A DNA stretch of 64,000 bases from Eledone cirrhosa (GCA_964016885.1 OZ024741.1:380184001-380248000), one strand, 5' to 3'. Positions 1 to 13,895 are shown, counted from the first letter of the stretch. Notes: generated from the letters alone by a model not told the origin. Numbers and translations: made by a program.

Positions 1-81
1 TATTATAATATATATTGAGGTTATTGTTTTGATTCTCCGTTGTATCTATATATATATACCAATGCCATATGTAAAACCTCC

Positions 82-193
82 AGTATTCCGATGATTTAAT
101 CAGAGGTTAACACTAATTTAAGGTCGAATGACGCAACTTCGAGTGATTAGCGGCCTTTAGACTCACCTGATCAATGAAACAATTGTTAATACT
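82..193 (+). ncRNA. Type I hammerhead ribozyme motif with long stem II (CCGATGA core), in a PLE-like tail
   Basis: AGTATT-CCGATGA-[TTAATCAGAGGT...ACCTGATCAA]-GAAA-CAATTG-TT-AATACT; 6-bp stem I closes the motif; homologous copy at 6785-6893. Confidence 0.65.
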
Positions 194-410
194 TGAAATA
201 AACCCTTTTTTGTACAGCCAACCATGTTATTCTTCAATCTTTCACTATTATTGCTCCAAGAATAACAACCTGCATAGGAAATCTCGCGAACTCGCTACCT
301 AACTATGGGAACCTCTTGTTGGGTCAAACAATGCCGTACGTTAAAACGATCCACAATGCAGAGTACTCACAACCTCTAACTGGATTACCTATAACGATAA
401 CTTGTTATCC

Positions 411-441
<31 letters not shown>

Positions 442-900
442 GACAAATCCAGTTCATCACCTTTAGAGAATGCTTTCTGTAGTTTGCGTTAGATAGATAG
501 GAATACATAGAGACAAAAATAGTAATACATAGATAGATACAAATCAATGTGTGTGTGTTTGTGTGTGTGTATATGTGTTTGTGTTCAAGATGCTAGTGTT
601 TTATTTCACTGTCATTTCTAGCGACACCAGTCACCACAATGTTGATAGATATATAGGTAAATAGATAGATATGAATACATAGATGCTGAAAGAATAGTAC
701 ATAAAAAGATACAACTCAATCAGTGTATGTGTGTGTATGTGTGTATGCATGTGTGTGTATATGTGTGCGCGCGCATGTTAAAAGCTAAGGCCTTATTTCA
801 AGTCATTTTTAGCAAGAGAGGTTACCACAACATAGCTCTTTGTGCGATGTACGCCAGACAGGTACGCAGACAAATCGATAAAGGGCCAAGCATAGGCCAT

Positions 901-3900
901 GTAACGAGGTACCTGGCGTTGCTCGGGAATGAAAGTGTTCCTTATATATTTGAAGAAGAAAGCAAAACATTTTGTATAGAAATGTGTTATTCTAAATGCC
1001 ATGTATTCTTCAGTTGAGGTACATGATGAAATCAATTCTGAATTCATTATACAGAAATTAATAAAAAACATTGAAAATACGACATGTATCTATGTTATGA
1101 GGGGAGATAAATTCCATCGCGTGCTGAAAGAAGTTACTTAAGAGTTTCTGGGTAAAAAACATTCTTTGTTTTCTGGTTCGGAGCATAGACAAATTAGTCT
1201 TGTAAACTACACAACTTGGAGCAACAGACGTAAAGTTTACCATGAGAAAAGAAAGGCTAATTTACGTTCAAACTACTAGATTTATTGATAGATATTGCGA
1301 AGCAAAATCGCACTAGGAATTGTATTTCAAATGGCATGTCCGTTGATTTGATTGGAATTCTTGTGATGTACACCCAGATGTACACCCAGTGATGATGGTA
1401 GCTTCAATATCAATTTGTGATAATGTCTTCACAATCAATCTTGTCCCATTGCGTAAGTTAGGAGGATCTAAATTTCTTAGAAGCATTATTAGGACGCCAA
1501 ACTTCAGGAAAACTTTCTGTGGGGGAGTTCGAAGTGGCTCAAGAGAATTACGAAACGCTGTAGGTAGTGGATAGCTTGATTTTCATCAAGGACTAAATCA
1601 ACTGATTCGTACTTCTTAATTACTGTTGGAATCTAATTCATTAGCTCATGGTTAATTCTTGCTAATGTCTCAATTTTTTTAAACAGGAATTTCACTTTCA
1701 CACAACCATTTGTGTGAATTATAATGATCAGTTAAGTTTGGAAATACCCTGTTTTTCAATTCAGCTGGTGAAACCACCATGATAGCACTATCAGCCAATT
1801 TGATATAACCATACCCATCAATCGTTACTGCCCCATTTTCTAATTGAAGGTATCGAGTTGATAACTGGTCTGTACATTGGTCTCAGTGTAATAACGATCT
1901 CGTGTTAGTATTGAAGCAGACATTCTTTACTTTACTTCATAGATACGAAGACTTAATGCATGTTTTTATTTCATCAACTCTTGTTCCTTTCGGAATGACC
2001 GATAATTTCTGTCTGAGGTCTCCTGATAAAATGATTGTAACTCCTCCCATAGATGTATTGTTGTCTATTATGTCCTGTACGTTCGTCCATTGCTCGTCTA
2101 TGTGACATGGTACATTCATCTCAAATATGATCAGGTGGCATTGGTGGAACATTTCTGCTAAACTGAGCTTTTGCTTCTGTTACAAATTGGACTGAGATTT
2201 GTGTTTAGGGATAATTTAAAAGCAGAATGAGCTGTTCATTCTCCTGAGAGAAGTGTGGCTGCAATGTCAGACGTTGCTACAGCAAGTGCATTTATTTTTT
2301 TCCGCCTTACCTTGGAGAGAAGCAATGTTGTTACGAATGCTTTACCTTTGCCACCAGAAGCATCAACAATTCTTCTTGACTGACGAAATAATTTCATAAT
2401 ATGACCAGCGTAGTTCTGAAAGAAATTTAGGTTCATGTTCATTCACAAATGTAACTAACGTTGTGATGTCATAATTTGTCTCTATTGCAAACTCTTTTGA
2501 AGTTAAACCACTTTGATTTTGGCAGTATGGAACCAGTCACTTGCAAATTCTTGCTTCCCATGACGAAACTTGATCCTGAATTTCAATCAATTGTTGATTG
2601 TAAATTTCTTCACAGAATTGAATATTGATGCCTGTGTTTGCATGCTGAACCGCGCACTTTAAGTCCCCAACCATATCCGTTTGATATTTCATCCAAAGAT
2701 GTCGGGGACTGCCAGCATAATGGCAAAAAGGTTACAGAGTTTCCTTGGAGAATGACACTGATGCTTCAGTCAATGCAAGGTCCCAATGATCATCATTTTC
2801 AAACAAACCTTTTTGATAGCATACTACCTATATGTTTCACACATTTACACCGCTCAAATCTTGGAATGATTTGGAACCACGTACTTCATGCAAAATGATC
2901 AGTTGCACCAAAAAGCCTCATTGTTACTGATGTATCTTCCTCTCTCATAGTGTACAACTTCGTCATTTTTGTTTATCTGCTGACTGACATTCTGCAAAAG
3001 AGTGTATATTGCAGCATCTAAACCTTTGTATTCATGTTTGCAAACATACTTAATAGATTTAGCAGAGTTGGAGAAATCAACATTGATATGGGCTTTGAAA
3101 TTTCTGTAAGATGACAGTGGGGTAAAATCCACCGATTGTCAATGATGAGTTTTTTCCCATTTCTCTTTCTTTTTCCGAAGTGTATCCACTCTGCCCAGGT
3201 TTTCTTCTCCTGTAATTGGAGAAGCCATCTTCCTCAATTTAGGTTTATTGCATGGGGAGGATGGATTAATTGAACCACCGGGCCTGTGAATCATCTGTGA
3301 CTTGACAATTTCATGCACCAAAGGAGATTATGCAGTCAAATCAAAATGTGGGCATGCGGCAATCCTCGTTTTTGCCATTCAATTGTGTAAGTACCACATT
3401 AGACCTTGCCTTTTTTAGGAGATCCATCAGTTTTACGACTTTAAGTCAGAACAGCCTAGCAATAATATCATGGTGATCTTTGCGTTCTTGATGATAAATT
3501 TCGCTCTTTATATCATGTCATGTTTGGTTATATATGAATGTAATGACGAGGCCTGGACGACCAGAGTGTCTGACATATGTAAGTGCATATTGGCTACGCT
3601 CATGCATATACCGTGGACTTCCTGTGACGCTTGATGGTAGAATGACACAAAGCTGTCTAATATTATCAGCTGCCAATCTTCCTTCATTACTGATTGAATC
3701 TCTGAGGTGAATGTAGTCTGATGCACGGAGATTTTCCTGGTGTGTTTTAATGTAAAGAAGCCTTTCTCCTTCAATTTTTACATACATATCTACTGCAAAT
3801 TGATGAAGAATATTGAAGTCTTGCTCTATTAATATGAATAGGTAAGCATAGAATTACATGCAGCGTACTGTTTTTGCCAGTGCAGGCGCTATTGCTTTAA

Positions 3901-5040
3901 GATCTGTTTGTTTGCTACCAAAGTGATATCCATCTTGGCCAAATACACAGATTAATGGATACTGGAGTGCATCATATGATCGAATGCATTTATACGCTAC
4001 AACTATTTCCCCTTCCTTGAATAACAATATCTCCCCTCCCATAATCCTCGCCAGTAATAATTGCTACTACTTCATTTGCAGCAAGGACATTTTAACGGCC
4101 TCTGTGTTCAGCAACAGGTTTTATGTCTGCATCAATAACTATATTGTATTCAGTGGGTAGTGCAGATTCCTATGTATATTAGAATGTTCTGATGTAGCTA
4201 TTGTTTGCATGCCACATATCTTGCAAATCAAAGATTAACTTTTCCTTCAGATTTTAGAAGGTTCAATGACCCTTCCAAAGCCTGCTTCTTGCAATTTGTC
4301 ACAAAATATAACGGCAAAAATTGTGGATTTTTGCCTTCAGTTGGCAACCAAGATCCAATACGATGGTATACTTCATCTTGAACATTAATAGTTGGCTTGA
4401 ATTTCCTTGTAATGTTTTTCAAGAAGTACATTGTCTTTGATTTTTTTCCCGAAGGCAATGCCTTCAAAGAATCTAGGAGTGTACCAAACCTCGTTAGAAC
4501 AACCGTTCCTCCGCCACAACACAGTGAGGGTTTCTCTTTTCCATTTCTTTTCTTTACAAAAACTGCACTCTTTTGACATTGCACCAATACCAATCAATTT
4601 CTATGTAGAATAATCATGCTTTGTATTATAGTTGAATGCTGATCTTTTCCAAGTCCCATTAAAAGGTGCTACACTTTTGTCAAACATATTCAACCTATCT
4701 TGATAAAGACGCTTACGTCTCTCCTCTGAAGAGTGTCACATTGACAACTCTGGCAGCTTGTATTTGTCTTGCATACTTTAAACAGTTTTCTCTTTTTGTT
4801 CTTACTATTTTTCCTTGCCTCTTGTGACTCATTGACCCTACGTGCAGCAGCCCTCCTTCCGTCGTTTTCATGTCTTTGCTGTCGACGTGCAAGAGACTCC
4901 AGTGACCTTGCTCTGGCTACCTGTACTTGCTTTTGCTTCACTGTAAAATACAGTTTTCTGCATGTCTTCCCTCTCTTCTTGCTTCGACACAAACGTCTTA
5001 AGAGCTTGTGGATAGTGAGAACATTTTTCTCCTTGGCATT
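901..5040 (-). mobile_element. Degenerate autonomous-type Helitron (Rep-Pif1 helicase pseudogene)
   Basis: Fragments in order: IGAMSKECSFC, RSYDALQYPL, MYVKIEGERLLYIKTHQENLR..TGSPRYMHER, KAHINVDFSNSAKSIKYVCK, DASGGKGKAF..ATSDIAATLL, LSGDLRQKLSV, HGKLYVCCS; 3' hairpin CCCGAGCAACGCCAGGTA at ~909-927; many stops and frameshifts; 5' end not located. Confidence 0.92.
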
Positions 5041-5786
5041 TTTTTTGGAAATTGAAAATGGGATTAAAGGAAAAATAAGTGAAAGTTAGATGAATAACTT
5101 CACACTAACACACTCACACACTCACACACACATACAAACACACACACACATAAGGAACGGCAACGATTCTCTTCGTCAAACATTTAGAATTATAAATTCG
5201 CGTTCGTTTGTTTTGGAATTACGAAATAATTTTTCATGAGTGAGTGAATGAGTGCTGAGAGAGAGAGAGAGTGAGATAGAGAGAAGAATGAGAGAAGTAG
5301 CTCTCTTTCTTTTTCTGCCCTCACTTATTCTCCTCTCCTCCCTCTCACTTCATTGATCACTGCTACGATAGCAAAACGTTGTCTCTCACACACGTACGTA
5401 TCTTCACTGACACAACACACACATACAGTATATCTCTCTCCCAATATCTCCCTCTCTTTGTGTTGGGTCTCTTTCAATTTGTTCTACTCCGAAACAAACT
5501 GTTCTCTCTCTCTCTCTGGTTTTCTCTTGCACACACACTTATTCTCTCTCACCCTCTGCAACTTTTCCTCACTTTTAGTATTTGTGTGTGTATCTCTCCC
5601 TTTCTAACCCCACACTCACGTTCTTTTCTATATACATGTATACATGTTTGCCTAAACAAACTCTTCGCTGGGAGAATGACTATATATATATAATTACATA
5701 TACTTATATATACCAACATATTATACTTTCTTTTCTGTATACATGTTTGCCTGTGTATATAAACAAATTTTTCGCTGGGAGAATGA

Positions 5787-5839
<53 letters not shown>

Positions 5840-6148
5840 CATATTCTTATAAATACAAAAATATTGAATATATTGTTTACATTCGAGTCGTTATATACAC
5901 CGGTATTTACATTTGAATTAATATCATTGTTATTATATATATTTGTGTGTATAAATATGACCACACAAATGCCGATAAACTCACACACACACACACACAC
6001 ATACGTTCACACAAACATACATACACATACACTCGCACAGAGCATGGAAAAGTTTGGAACTGTGTTGGCAGTTCTTGTATTTTTTCACCATCAGTCTTTC
6101 TCCCTTTTACACAAACACTCATTCACACTCTCTATATATATTATATAA

Positions 6149-6151
<3 letters not shown>

Positions 6152-6240
<89 letters not shown>
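6152..6240. repeat. (CT)n microsatellite
   Basis: Pure CT dinucleotide run. Confidence 0.95.
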
Positions 6241-6244
<4 letters not shown>

Positions 6245-6296
6245 ACTATATATAACCCCTCTCCCTCTATATATTATAAGCCCCGCTATATATATA

Positions 6297-6634
6297 TCTT
6301 TGTATATATAAAAGCGAGGATGTGTGTGTATCTGTGTACAACTTTTACAATTACCAACCGAATTTGACCGAATTTTCTGTGCACGTTGCACAGGTCGGTG
6401 AGATGGTCACATCACAAAAATGTTTCCATTCGACCCTGTTTGAGCAATAAAATATCGATATCAAAATTATCGGTAGCAAAATTGATATAAGGGAGATAAC
6501 CAACTTTATTGACAATCCTTATAAGGAGACTGCTTATTTTGACAGGTTGGGGGACACCTAATGTTCTTTTACCTCCTAGCTGTATATTCTTAGCATAATT
6601 GCAAACCCCGAGCAACGCCGGGTAAATCTGCTAG
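6297..6634 (+). mobile_element. Non-autonomous Helitron
   Basis: A|TC 5' start (TCTTTGTATATATAAAAG), 3' hairpin CCCGAGCAACGCCGGG then CTAG|T; no TSD. Confidence 0.85.
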
Positions 6635-6784
6635 TATATTATAAACTCCTGTCTCTCTCCTTTCCAAATGTTGCAATGGTATTTGAATTTTTTTCGACGT
6701 ACATATTCTCACGTCGTTTACCAACCCCACTTCCATTGGTGAACTGACACACGGACTTATGGATATGATTCGACTTATATATAT

Positions 6785-6893
6785 ATATCTGAGGATTTGA
6801 TCAGAGGTAAACACTGTATTTAAGGTCGAGTGACGCAACTTTGAGTGATTAGCGGCCTCTAGACTCACCTGATCAATGAAACAATTGTTAATA
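6785..6893 (+). ncRNA. Hammerhead motif, second copy of the 82-193 family
   Basis: CTGAGGA-TTTGATCAG...CTGATCAAT-GAAA-CAATTG-TT; 6789-6950 aligns with 88-248. Confidence 0.6.
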
Positions 6894-6973
6894 ATTTAAA
6901 TAAAGCCCCTTGTTTTACAGCCGACCGTGTTACTCTTCAACCTTTCACTATATATATATATATATATATATAT

Positions 6974-7442
6974 GGTAAATTTCTTTAAGTCGTTTGGAAG
7001 CCTCGACAATGCAGATGGGTAAATGTCCGGGTAACAACATCCGGTGGTGGAGAGAGAGATGTAAGTGGGTGTACGTTGAGATGCGTGGCATGTATAAGAC
7101 TGCAACGTGCAGAGGAATGAATGAATGAGCGTAAAGGATAAAAATAAAAATAACAACACGAGAAAGAGTTACCTCGGGAGAGATTTAATTGTCCCTATAT
7201 ATTTCGGATTCACATCCATCAACTGGGGTTTGTTTCCGGAGGGGGGGGGGTTGTCTGTCGGAAAGGTGCGAAACAGTCTTATACACGCCACGCATCTCAA
7301 CGTACACCCACTTACACTCTCTCTCCACCACCGGATCTTGTTACCCGGAGATTTACCTATCTGCATTGTCGAGGCTTCCAAACGACTTAAAGAAATTTAC
7401 CTTATTATTCCACAATGCTTCAAGCAAACTTCAATACTCTCC
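6974..7442. repeat. Element with ~128-bp inverted arms between (TA)n tracts
   Basis: 6974-7102 is the reverse complement of 7274-7401 with few mismatches. Confidence 0.85.
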
Positions 7443-7589
7443 TATATATATAATACTATTTATAGTTATGTATATAGTATAAACAACTATAAACAGAAAG
7501 GTCAGTAATTTCTTAATAACCTTATTACCAGTAAGAGAAATAGCTCAGTGTCTGAACATCAGTTGTTTTACAGAGCAGTTAAATCAATA

Positions 7590-8342
7590 AATTACAGAAT
7601 TATCAAAGTTGTGTTCAAATGATTTAATAGCTGACAATCGTTTCTTCCAAATGCTCGGTTGGATTCATCGGAATATTATCAATGTTTGCACATATATTTA
7701 GCCTCCTATTCAACTGAACAATAATATAGATACATATAAATTAATGCTCTGAGCAACAGTTTCGTATTTATAGGATGGAATGGATGTGACATATATTTTA
7801 CGAGAATTGTACAATAATTGTACAAATATTCAAATTAAAATTCAAATTCAAATTAAATTAAAATCAAAAGCACGGAGTGGAATACATGCAACAGTTAAAA
7901 CACGGGAACAGTCCAAATATTAAAAAGGCATTGAGGAAGCAGTTTTGAGAAAGGAAGAGTGCGATAAAAATTCATTTGCAAGCGTGTGGATAGTGTGACT
8001 GCGTAAGTCATATACATGAGAAGGAGACAAGCAAAGCTATTATGCACATATAGATGAATAAATACTGCAGTTAAAGCAAATATGTTAATGTATTAGAGTC
8101 TATGGTGGATGTTGGATGTTGATGGTGTTCGAATTTATGTGTGTTGAGAAACATCCAGTTTTTGCAGACTTTTCCATGACATATGTTGATATAAACTTTA
8201 GTTGGTTTTTATATTGAGTGTTTTAAGTTAGTTATATGTGGAAACATTGATACTGGTCCGATGATCCCAAACTAGAATTTGGAAGAAACGATTGTCAGCT
8301 ATTAAATGATTTGAACACAACTTTGATAATTGTATAATTTAA

Positions 8343-8345
<3 letters not shown>
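7590..8345. mobile_element. PLE-like non-coding element with inverted ends, each carrying a CCGATGA hammerhead-like motif
   Basis: 7598-7652 is inverted at 8278-8330; motif CCGATGA-(T)CCAA..TTGGAA-GAAA-CGATTG-TC at ~7630-7675 (-) and ~8255-8300 (+); 7590-8080 homologous to 56060-56490 in reverse. Confidence 0.65.
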
Positions 8346-8411
<66 letters not shown>

Positions 8412-8856
8412 CGGCTCCTGAATTGTAGAGCTAACTCTGTTGAAAGGACTTGACTGCTGTTTCTAGTTGTCGATAACCCTATTCACGCCACTGGGACGAA
8501 GCTGGTATGATGTGTGTATTTTTAGCAGATACACCACGTGTTACTGGCCAGTCACTGATTTGAACTTAATGCGTAAACACAGATGGCTGGACTTCTTCCT
8601 TGTTGAAAATCCAAGTATCGGTCTCCGTGGTTTACCATTCGATTAATTGGTGGTGGAATATATTTCTTTAATGGAATATATACAGGGAAGATTAATGATA
8701 ATATAAGGTATCTACTTTTGAAGTTCTAGTTAACTTTATTTAGTTACCTACCTAGCTATGTGTGCTTACACACTTGTAAAAATGATCCCTTGTGATTGTT
8801 TCATATGTTTATTTATATGTTAATCAATTTCTAGTTGTTATATATATATATATATG

Positions 8857-9240
8857 CTAGCCGACTTACCCGCCCCTTGGTGCGTTTCACACGTTTCTTT
8901 GTAGGAAATTATGATTGATTTTAAATCAGTGATATAATTTATGGAGACAAACTTCATTAGGGTGTCTTAATATTATTGACATTTGCTTAAATTGTGTGAA
9001 TAGGCATCATTTCTTGTCATTTACATATGGTTTAAATGTCATACAAATCGAAGGAAAACATTTTCAGCGGGGGCTATTGTCCCTGGGAACCCTTTGATTA
9101 AAATGAAATATGCTTATCCAAGTACCCTGGGCAATCTAGTTTCAGAATATATATGGTTATGATGGTCTATCTCCAATACCATAGGAGGAGTTCGTGAACA
9201 AACAAACAAACAGACAGGAACTACAACTTTATATATATAC
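8857..9240 (-). mobile_element. Non-autonomous Helitron-like element
   Basis: Minus strand starts TATATATAAAGTTG and ends in a GC-rich segment plus GGCTAG; related inverted partial copies at 9286-9670. Confidence 0.55.
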
Positions 9241-11329
9241 TTGTTACAACATATATTGTTCCATTTATTGGCCAAACCGATCGGAAATTGTTTTCCCTTT
9301 GATTTATATGAAATTTAAACGATAGGTAAATGAGAAGATATGATGCCTATTCACAATGTTTCAGCAAATTTCAATAATAGTAAAATACCATAGAGAAAGT
9401 TTTGGCCAATAAATGGAACAAGATTTCACGAACTCCTCCTATGGTTTTGTAGATAGACCCCATAACCATATATATTCTGAAACTACATTTCCCAGGGTAC
9501 TTGGGTAAGTATATTTCATTTTAATCAAAGGGTTCTCCGGGGGCACAAAACCCACGCTGAAAACCCCCACTAAAATTGTTTTCCCTTCGAATTATATGAA
9601 ATTTAAACCATAGGTAAACGAAAAGATATGATGCCTATTCACAAACTTTCAGCAGATTTCAATAATCTATTCATCTTCTAAATCTCATGTTACCTTTTGA
9701 TGAAGGATTTGTGCCCTGATCTTATGACATTTCCCTACTCTATCAAGCGTTAAACAAATATATTTCATCACTGTACTGTGTCATTTGCTTAGTTATTTCT
9801 GTTTAGTTTTGCATATATGTATATATGTGTCGAAAACATCTATTGAGTTATACTTTATCTGCCGAATATAGATATCTACATTCTGTTTATGTAGACTGAG
9901 TAGTTAAACTTCTGTCTATGGGCTTTTAATAGTTACAGTTTACTCCAAAGTTTTGTCAGCTTCTCAAAATAGTATATATGAGATGATATATATATATATA
10001 TATATATGTAAAAGGTAAACAGAAATAACAACACAATCGGTGCCGACACAGTAAATTGGAAAAGGTGATGCCACCACAAGAAGCACCAGGTCAATATTGT
10101 AAAGTGGTCATGTTGGTGACACAAAGGTTGTTGTTATGGTGACACACAACAGAAAGCATCCTGTTCACAGTGTCAATTGGTCATGTTGGTGCCGACAAAA
10201 AGTGCACAGCCAACACTATAAAATGGTCGTTTGGTGTCATGATAAAAGCATCAGGTTCATGCTGTAAATTTGGTTGGTATTAGGAAGAGCAACAAGCAAT
10301 GGAAACTGAGCCAGATATAGTTCTGTATCAGCAAGTCATGGTCAGCTAATTGGACTTGTCTCACAACAGGACAACTCATCTAACTCATGCTAGTATGGAA
10401 AATATGTCAAATCGTGATGATATATGTGTGTGTGCGTGTATAACGGTAACTCTGTTTTTGTCAGATTCAGAAAACTCAATATATACATAATACATATATT
10501 TTCAGACAAATTAATAAACTAAAAGAGATCATTCATTTGGCATGAACACCTTTCAATCTACATGTTTCTAGTCAAAAAAAATATATTGTTCAGATTCCTA
10601 GATATACACATTTCTAATCAATAATTTTAACAGAAATACAATAAAACCATTGAATACCAAACTGTTTGAAACCATTCTATTTCTGTGATGCAAAGCTGTT
10701 TATTTAAAAGTGTTCTTATTTACCTAGAAAAACTTCCATCATAATTGTATGTAATAACCTTTGTTAAGCTACTTTCTAAACAATAGCTGAATAATGAGAC
10801 AATTAGTTATATTACGAAATCCTCCAAAGCTTTTATTTTTTCAAACTTATTCGAAAATCAGATTAAGTGTCTTTCATTTGAAATATGGTAACAAAAGTGT
10901 AAAAACTTTGTATTCTACTACACACAATTTTACACATAGAATAGTATCTTCAAGCACAGTCAAATTAAAACACAATCATCCAAGCAATGTGAGTTACTTA
11001 CAGAATTGCAAATGCAATGATAGTAGCCTATGTGCCCCCCCCCCCACCCCCCAGAACAATGTCTAATTAAAGAATTGGTATAAAGAATACTGAGAATACT
11101 GATTCATGTTCTTCAACTCTAAACTGTTTTAACAAAACTTTCTACCAACATAAATTTGTAATTCAAACATAACACTAGAAAGTCTATTATCATTATATTG
11201 TGGAATTAAGATATTAACTGTGTTTATGTTAACTTTATTAGAATTACATTTGGCTAAATGGGACAGCTAGTTGTTGGGTTGTTACTCAAGATGCTTTCAC
11301 AACCAATTGTCACCACTAGTCTCTATTTT

Positions 11330-12100
11330 TCTTCACGTGTAGAAGGGTTACAGTGTTGTGACCAGTACAGACATTGATCAGGATTTTCTTTTCCTCTTCT
11401 TCACCCTGCCCTGACTTTGTCCTGAATGTTGGTTTTAAATAAGGAGTTTTTGGTGGAATACATAACCATACCAGGCAAACTTTCATCTTTTCAGCATCAC
11501 AAGCATTGTTTTCTGCCTGCCAGTATATACTTTAATTTGCTGCATCATAAAGCTGTTAGTTTTGTGCTTCATGTATGGGATGAGTAGTAACATTCTGAAG
11601 CACATTTAAGCACACCAAATAAGTTTAATTCTTAAATGATCAAGTCCATTGAATTGTAAACAGATTTCAAATACATTCTATCTCTTTTTTTTTCTTCTTC
11701 AGGAAGTAGCTGCATACTGCTGGATACAACTCTCTTCAACCCACTTCTATTTCTTTCCATTTCACAGAAAATGGATTTTAGCCATAGAGTTGAGTAGTTA
11801 ATGCTGCCATTCTTACTGGATGCTGATTAGGTGCTCTGTCAATTTAACATTTTTATTAACTTGTTTTATCTAAGGTGGTAGTCTTCTAGACTAATGAAAC
11901 AGTCTTCTCGGTGACATTTGGCTTGGCTACCTAATATTTGTTGTATACACTCCATTGGCAAGTTACATGTTATCTTCATGATAATACTACTTCATCACAG
12001 GTGCAGAGAATTGTTACTATCTGTAACAGGCTAGCAACAATGTAATAGCTTCTATGTTGTCATGTCCCATAGGTGTAACTGCAAACAGATTAAGCATTGC
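11330..12100 (-). mobile_element. Highly degenerate RTE-clade LINE fragment
   Basis: Minus-strand WYGYV..KTNIQDKVRAG*RRGK resembles the RTE C-terminal WYGHV..KTILQG.V.G.RRRG. Confidence 0.4.
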
Positions 12101-12543
12101 TTAATAATGAGTAAGAAATTAACTATAGAAAGTTCCATAGAGATGTGAAGGATTTTTTTCAATACAGCATACATACTCTAAACCCTATATAATTATGTGT
12201 AATGGGTAGATATTTACATAATTGAAAGATATGTAGTTGTTGTTATTTAGCCCCACTTCAGTCATGACCAAACAGCCAAAACATCAAAGCTCTTCCAGCA
12301 ATAACTATTCTGCATTATTCTCATTGTGAATCACTCACTGCAATATTCAATTCATCATTTTTTTTTTTAAACATGATAACTGAAATAAGTTTTAAGTAGT
12401 TATTTCCAGTAGTTAAATTAACTATATTGGATTTTTTTTTTTTTACTTAATTTTCTTGTTTAATCTGTTAAAACCAACAGCTGGAATCCCTCACGAATCT
12501 AATCATACTTTCTATAGAATGAAGGACATTTTCAAAATTGCAT

Positions 12544-12692
12544 TCCTCTTCCTCCTCCTCTCCTCCACCCCTCCTCCTATCCTCCACCCCTCCTCCTCCT
12601 CCTCCGCCCCTTCTCCTCCTCCTCCTCCTCCTCCTCCTCCTCCTCCTCTTTTTTCTTCTTTGTCTTCTTCTTCTTCTTCTTCTTCTTCTTCT
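12544..12692. repeat. (CCT)n/(CTT)n polypyrimidine trinucleotide tract
   Basis: Visible repeat; accounts for the poly-E/G/P/S ORFs. Confidence 0.9.
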
Positions 12693-12779
12693 CCCACTTA
12701 TTCCAGAAAAGTTTGGGGAGCCAGAGACGTGAAACATTATTTCCACTGGGTCCTGTCAGAAGCAACCATTTCCAACTGA

Positions 12780-13130
12780 TCCAGGTGGATACCCAAGTGA
12801 GACCAGACAAGCTCATGTTATCCAATTGGTTTTGCCCGTCAAATTTGTCCAGCGATTATTTCCTGTGACATTCTAACCAAATGCCCATAGTTTCGCATCT
12901 GCGATCTCTCAATTTGGAGAAGTAGTGGCTCTACATAGAGTAAATCTCTTATCTCTGAGCTACACACTCCAAGACCCTTCAAGATTCCTATTTCAGCTGC
13001 TTGTGTGGAACTCCATTCACATGTTGAGTGCACTGTGTAGGCTTCTTTTTGCAGCCCTGATTTGCATTCCAGCCATGCAGCACTCAGCATCAAACCTATC
13101 AAGTGCATGTCAGAGATCTGCAAGATAATG
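12780..13130 (-). mobile_element. Degenerate RTE-clade (Rex3/Expander-like) LINE fragment
   Basis: IRDLLYVEPLLLQIERSQMRNYGHLVRM matches the RTE C-terminal motif VEPLLL.IE.SQLRW.GHL.RM. Confidence 0.65.
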
Positions 13131-13779
13131 GGTCACATGTGGCAGATAATGAGATGGCCAGCAGATATGATGGTTAGTTGTGATATAAGCTGTCAGATGA
13201 ATAAGCAACCCTGGACTAACAGTGGTAATCTACTAGGGGAGATTGAGCAATGGGTGACACCTGTATCTCTGAATAAAACTCTCATAACCCAGTGATGTAG
13301 ATATGATGAGGAAAATAAAGGCCACCTCTAAAAAGGTCTAGTCTTCGCAGATTTGAAAAAGTACCAGATTGGTGACTGGCATGAATAAGATGATCAAAAC
13401 TGCAATATGGTAAGAGGTAAGGTAAAGAAAATGTACTCTTCATATACAAAATGATCGGCCACTATAGGGGTTAAACTATAACAACAACAATAAAGAAACA
13501 GGTCTGCACATTCTTCTAACTGCAAAATCTTCAGGATTGCAGCAAGATAAACATCCAAAAATAAGTAATTTAATATATGGTGTTAAATATCGATCCTCCT
13601 TTGGAAAGTAGCTGTTGGTATTGTTTTCTGATATTGATGATGACAAATGTTTAATCATAAGTGAACCCTAACTTAGCAAACTTATAATCAAAGACGTTTC
13701 AGCAAGGAGATGCTGTGTGATACAAGGTGTGATAATCCTGTATTTATGAATTACATGTAGAACACATTTTTGCAAGCAG

Positions 13780-13895
13780 AGTGGACTGGAGCATAATGAA
13801 ATAAAGTGCCTTACTCAAGGATACATGGTGACACCAGAATTCGAACTAATACTTTGCAGTTATAGGCCAAAGACCTCTAACCACTAAGCCACCTG
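13780..13895 (-). mobile_element. tRNA-derived SINE fragment
   Basis: Minus strand TGGCTTAGTGG A-box and GTTCGAATTC B-box; similar to 40545-40702. Confidence 0.6.

Noticed and set aside
10040-10420. Tandem ~55-bp degenerate repeats as a novel array
   Set aside because: They resemble reiterated pieces of the common RTE 3' tail and end in its remnant
12456-12825. Poly-Pro/Ser/Glu/Arg ORFs
   Set aside because: Products of (CCT)n/(CTT)n repeats
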